Of a stretch of DNA of 64,000 bases, positions 62,749-64,000 are shown in pieces (position 1 is the stretch's first letter; every line of letters starts with the position of its first letter). The notes under the pieces are model-generated. The model was not told the origin of the DNA. It searched no databases and saw only the letters and a list, made by a program, of their open reading frames with translations. Source of the stretch: Lama guanicoe (lineage: Eukaryota); contig MU056000.1 in assembly GCA_013239625.1 (NCBI GenBank), positions 12,103,175 to 12,167,174 of the forward strand, read 5' to 3'. Made by a program: the position numbers and the translations under genes.

Positions 62749-63439
62749 CTGCGGGGAGTGGACCCCAGGTCACGGCTCCCAGATGGCCACTCTCAGCCCA
62801 GGCGGGAAGCCCAGCCCTGCCCCGCCCGCCCAGGAGACACGCCTGCTTGACAGCCGCGCGCCCGATGTTCAGTCAATCAACGCCATCCAGGAAAACCCAG
62901 CTGTCTCAAGAAAGGGTGACCTGGAGCTTGCTTACTGACCTCTCAGCAGGGTTCACCAAGAGTCCCTCTAAGTGTCAGGCTTTCAAATTCAGCTTTACAT
63001 CTTGAGTTACAAGAAAGAATCTGAACCACTACACACAGCTACAAATTCTATCAGGTTGAAAACAGTAATTAAGACCTGACCCTGCTCCTTATCTTCCTCT
63101 CATAGACTACTTTGTACACATGGAAGTTTTCTTCAGGGTATGGTTAGCAATTTTACTTATCCAGCCAAGAAACACTAGATGGGCTAGCACATATAACCGG
63201 CTCAAGGCAGCAGTAGAGGCAAAAATAAGAAAAACAACACACTGTAGCGTTGCTTTCATTCAGAATAATTACCAAATAGCTAATTCTTATTTAATCCTTA
63301 CTCTGCATCCATCATTAAGTACTTAGTACATTTTTTTTCCGAAATTGTAATTGGGTAATAAAAGTAAGTAACTCTTCAGTTAGAGTGCAAAATGAAAGCA
63401 CCTTATTTTAAAGATGGGAGAGCAAGAACGCCCATTCTT

Positions 63440-63622
63440 TTTATCATCATCCTTATAAGAATCCAATGAATTAGGCATGCTAATTATCCTTCTCTTACAG
63501 AGGAGGAAACTGAGATACAGTAAATAAATTTCCCAAGAAATATGCATACAGTAAGTGGAAGGGTCAGGACTCAGACTCAGGGGAATCTCCATCAGATCCA
63601 ATCCTCTTACAGACTCTGCTCC
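63440..63622 (-). mobile_element. MIR SINE
   Basis: ttacagaggaggaaactgagatacag reverse core. Confidence 0.7.
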
Positions 63623-63806
63623 ATCGTCCCTAAGAAGACCACAGAACAGCTCTGTCTGTTCCCCTCAATGTGCATCTCTTCTTTATTTTCACCATGAACC
63701 ACTCATCCGAATGGTTCACTGTAGTTACTTATTCGAATCAAAGCCCCAGATCGGCAGATTCAGGAGTGTTTTTAATAGTCACTCTGAGGGCCACACACGT
63801 GCGCAC

Positions 63807-63925
63807 CTGCTGAACGTTGAGAGGCGTCAGGATCTCCTCCCCGCGGAGGAACATAGATCTCTGGGTCAAGGCATCCGTGAGCTGTGCCGGGTCCAGCCCA
63901 AGTAACTCTGCAGACCTGCCCAAGG
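63807..63925 (-). CDS. MYO10: MYO10 exon 11 (ALGRSAELLGLDPAQLTDALTQRSMFLRGEEILTPLNVQQ)
   Basis: cccag|CC TTG GGC...CAG CAG|gtgcgc; 119 nt; within ORF 63738..63959. Confidence 0.97.
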
Positions 63926-64000
63926 CTGGGAAGGAAGGACAAAGCTGAAGTGAACACACAGCCGTGGGACCCCGAACGGGTGCAAAGCCAACTTCACACA

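Noticed and set aside
62383..62850. 155 aa plus-strand ORF
   Set aside because: Antisense to exons 12-13; no recognisable protein.

Overview
This is mammalian genomic DNA containing the middle of MYO10 (unconventional myosin-X) on the minus strand. I read 20 consecutive coding exons (exons 11-30 by recalled human numbering, 2959 coding nt), with consistent splice phases at every junction. They encode the C-terminal half of the motor domain, 3 IQ motifs, the SAH/antiparallel coiled coil, the PEST region and the split PH1/PH2 domains; the gene continues beyond both window ends. Seven copies of a tRNA-derived Vic-1-like SINE, with no Alu or Bov-tA seen, suggest a camelid genome (inference). The introns also carry L1, MIR, MLT1 LTR and MER DNA-transposon relics. 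I see no new protein-coding gene. The most interesting unexplained structure is regulatory or splicing-related: (i) candidate internal promoters and first exons in the 33 kb intron 19, where headless Myo10 is known to initiate, one with two RFX X-boxes and an in-frame 20-codon N-terminal extension; (ii) very long AG-free pyrimidine tracts and orphan acceptors in introns 25 and 26, suggesting hidden regulated exons or distant branch points; (iii) a GC-AG intron; (iv) lineage-specific SINEs placed against an acceptor and forming inverted pairs around exons 14-18. Repeat family names, repeat boundaries and human comparisons come from recall, not from searches.
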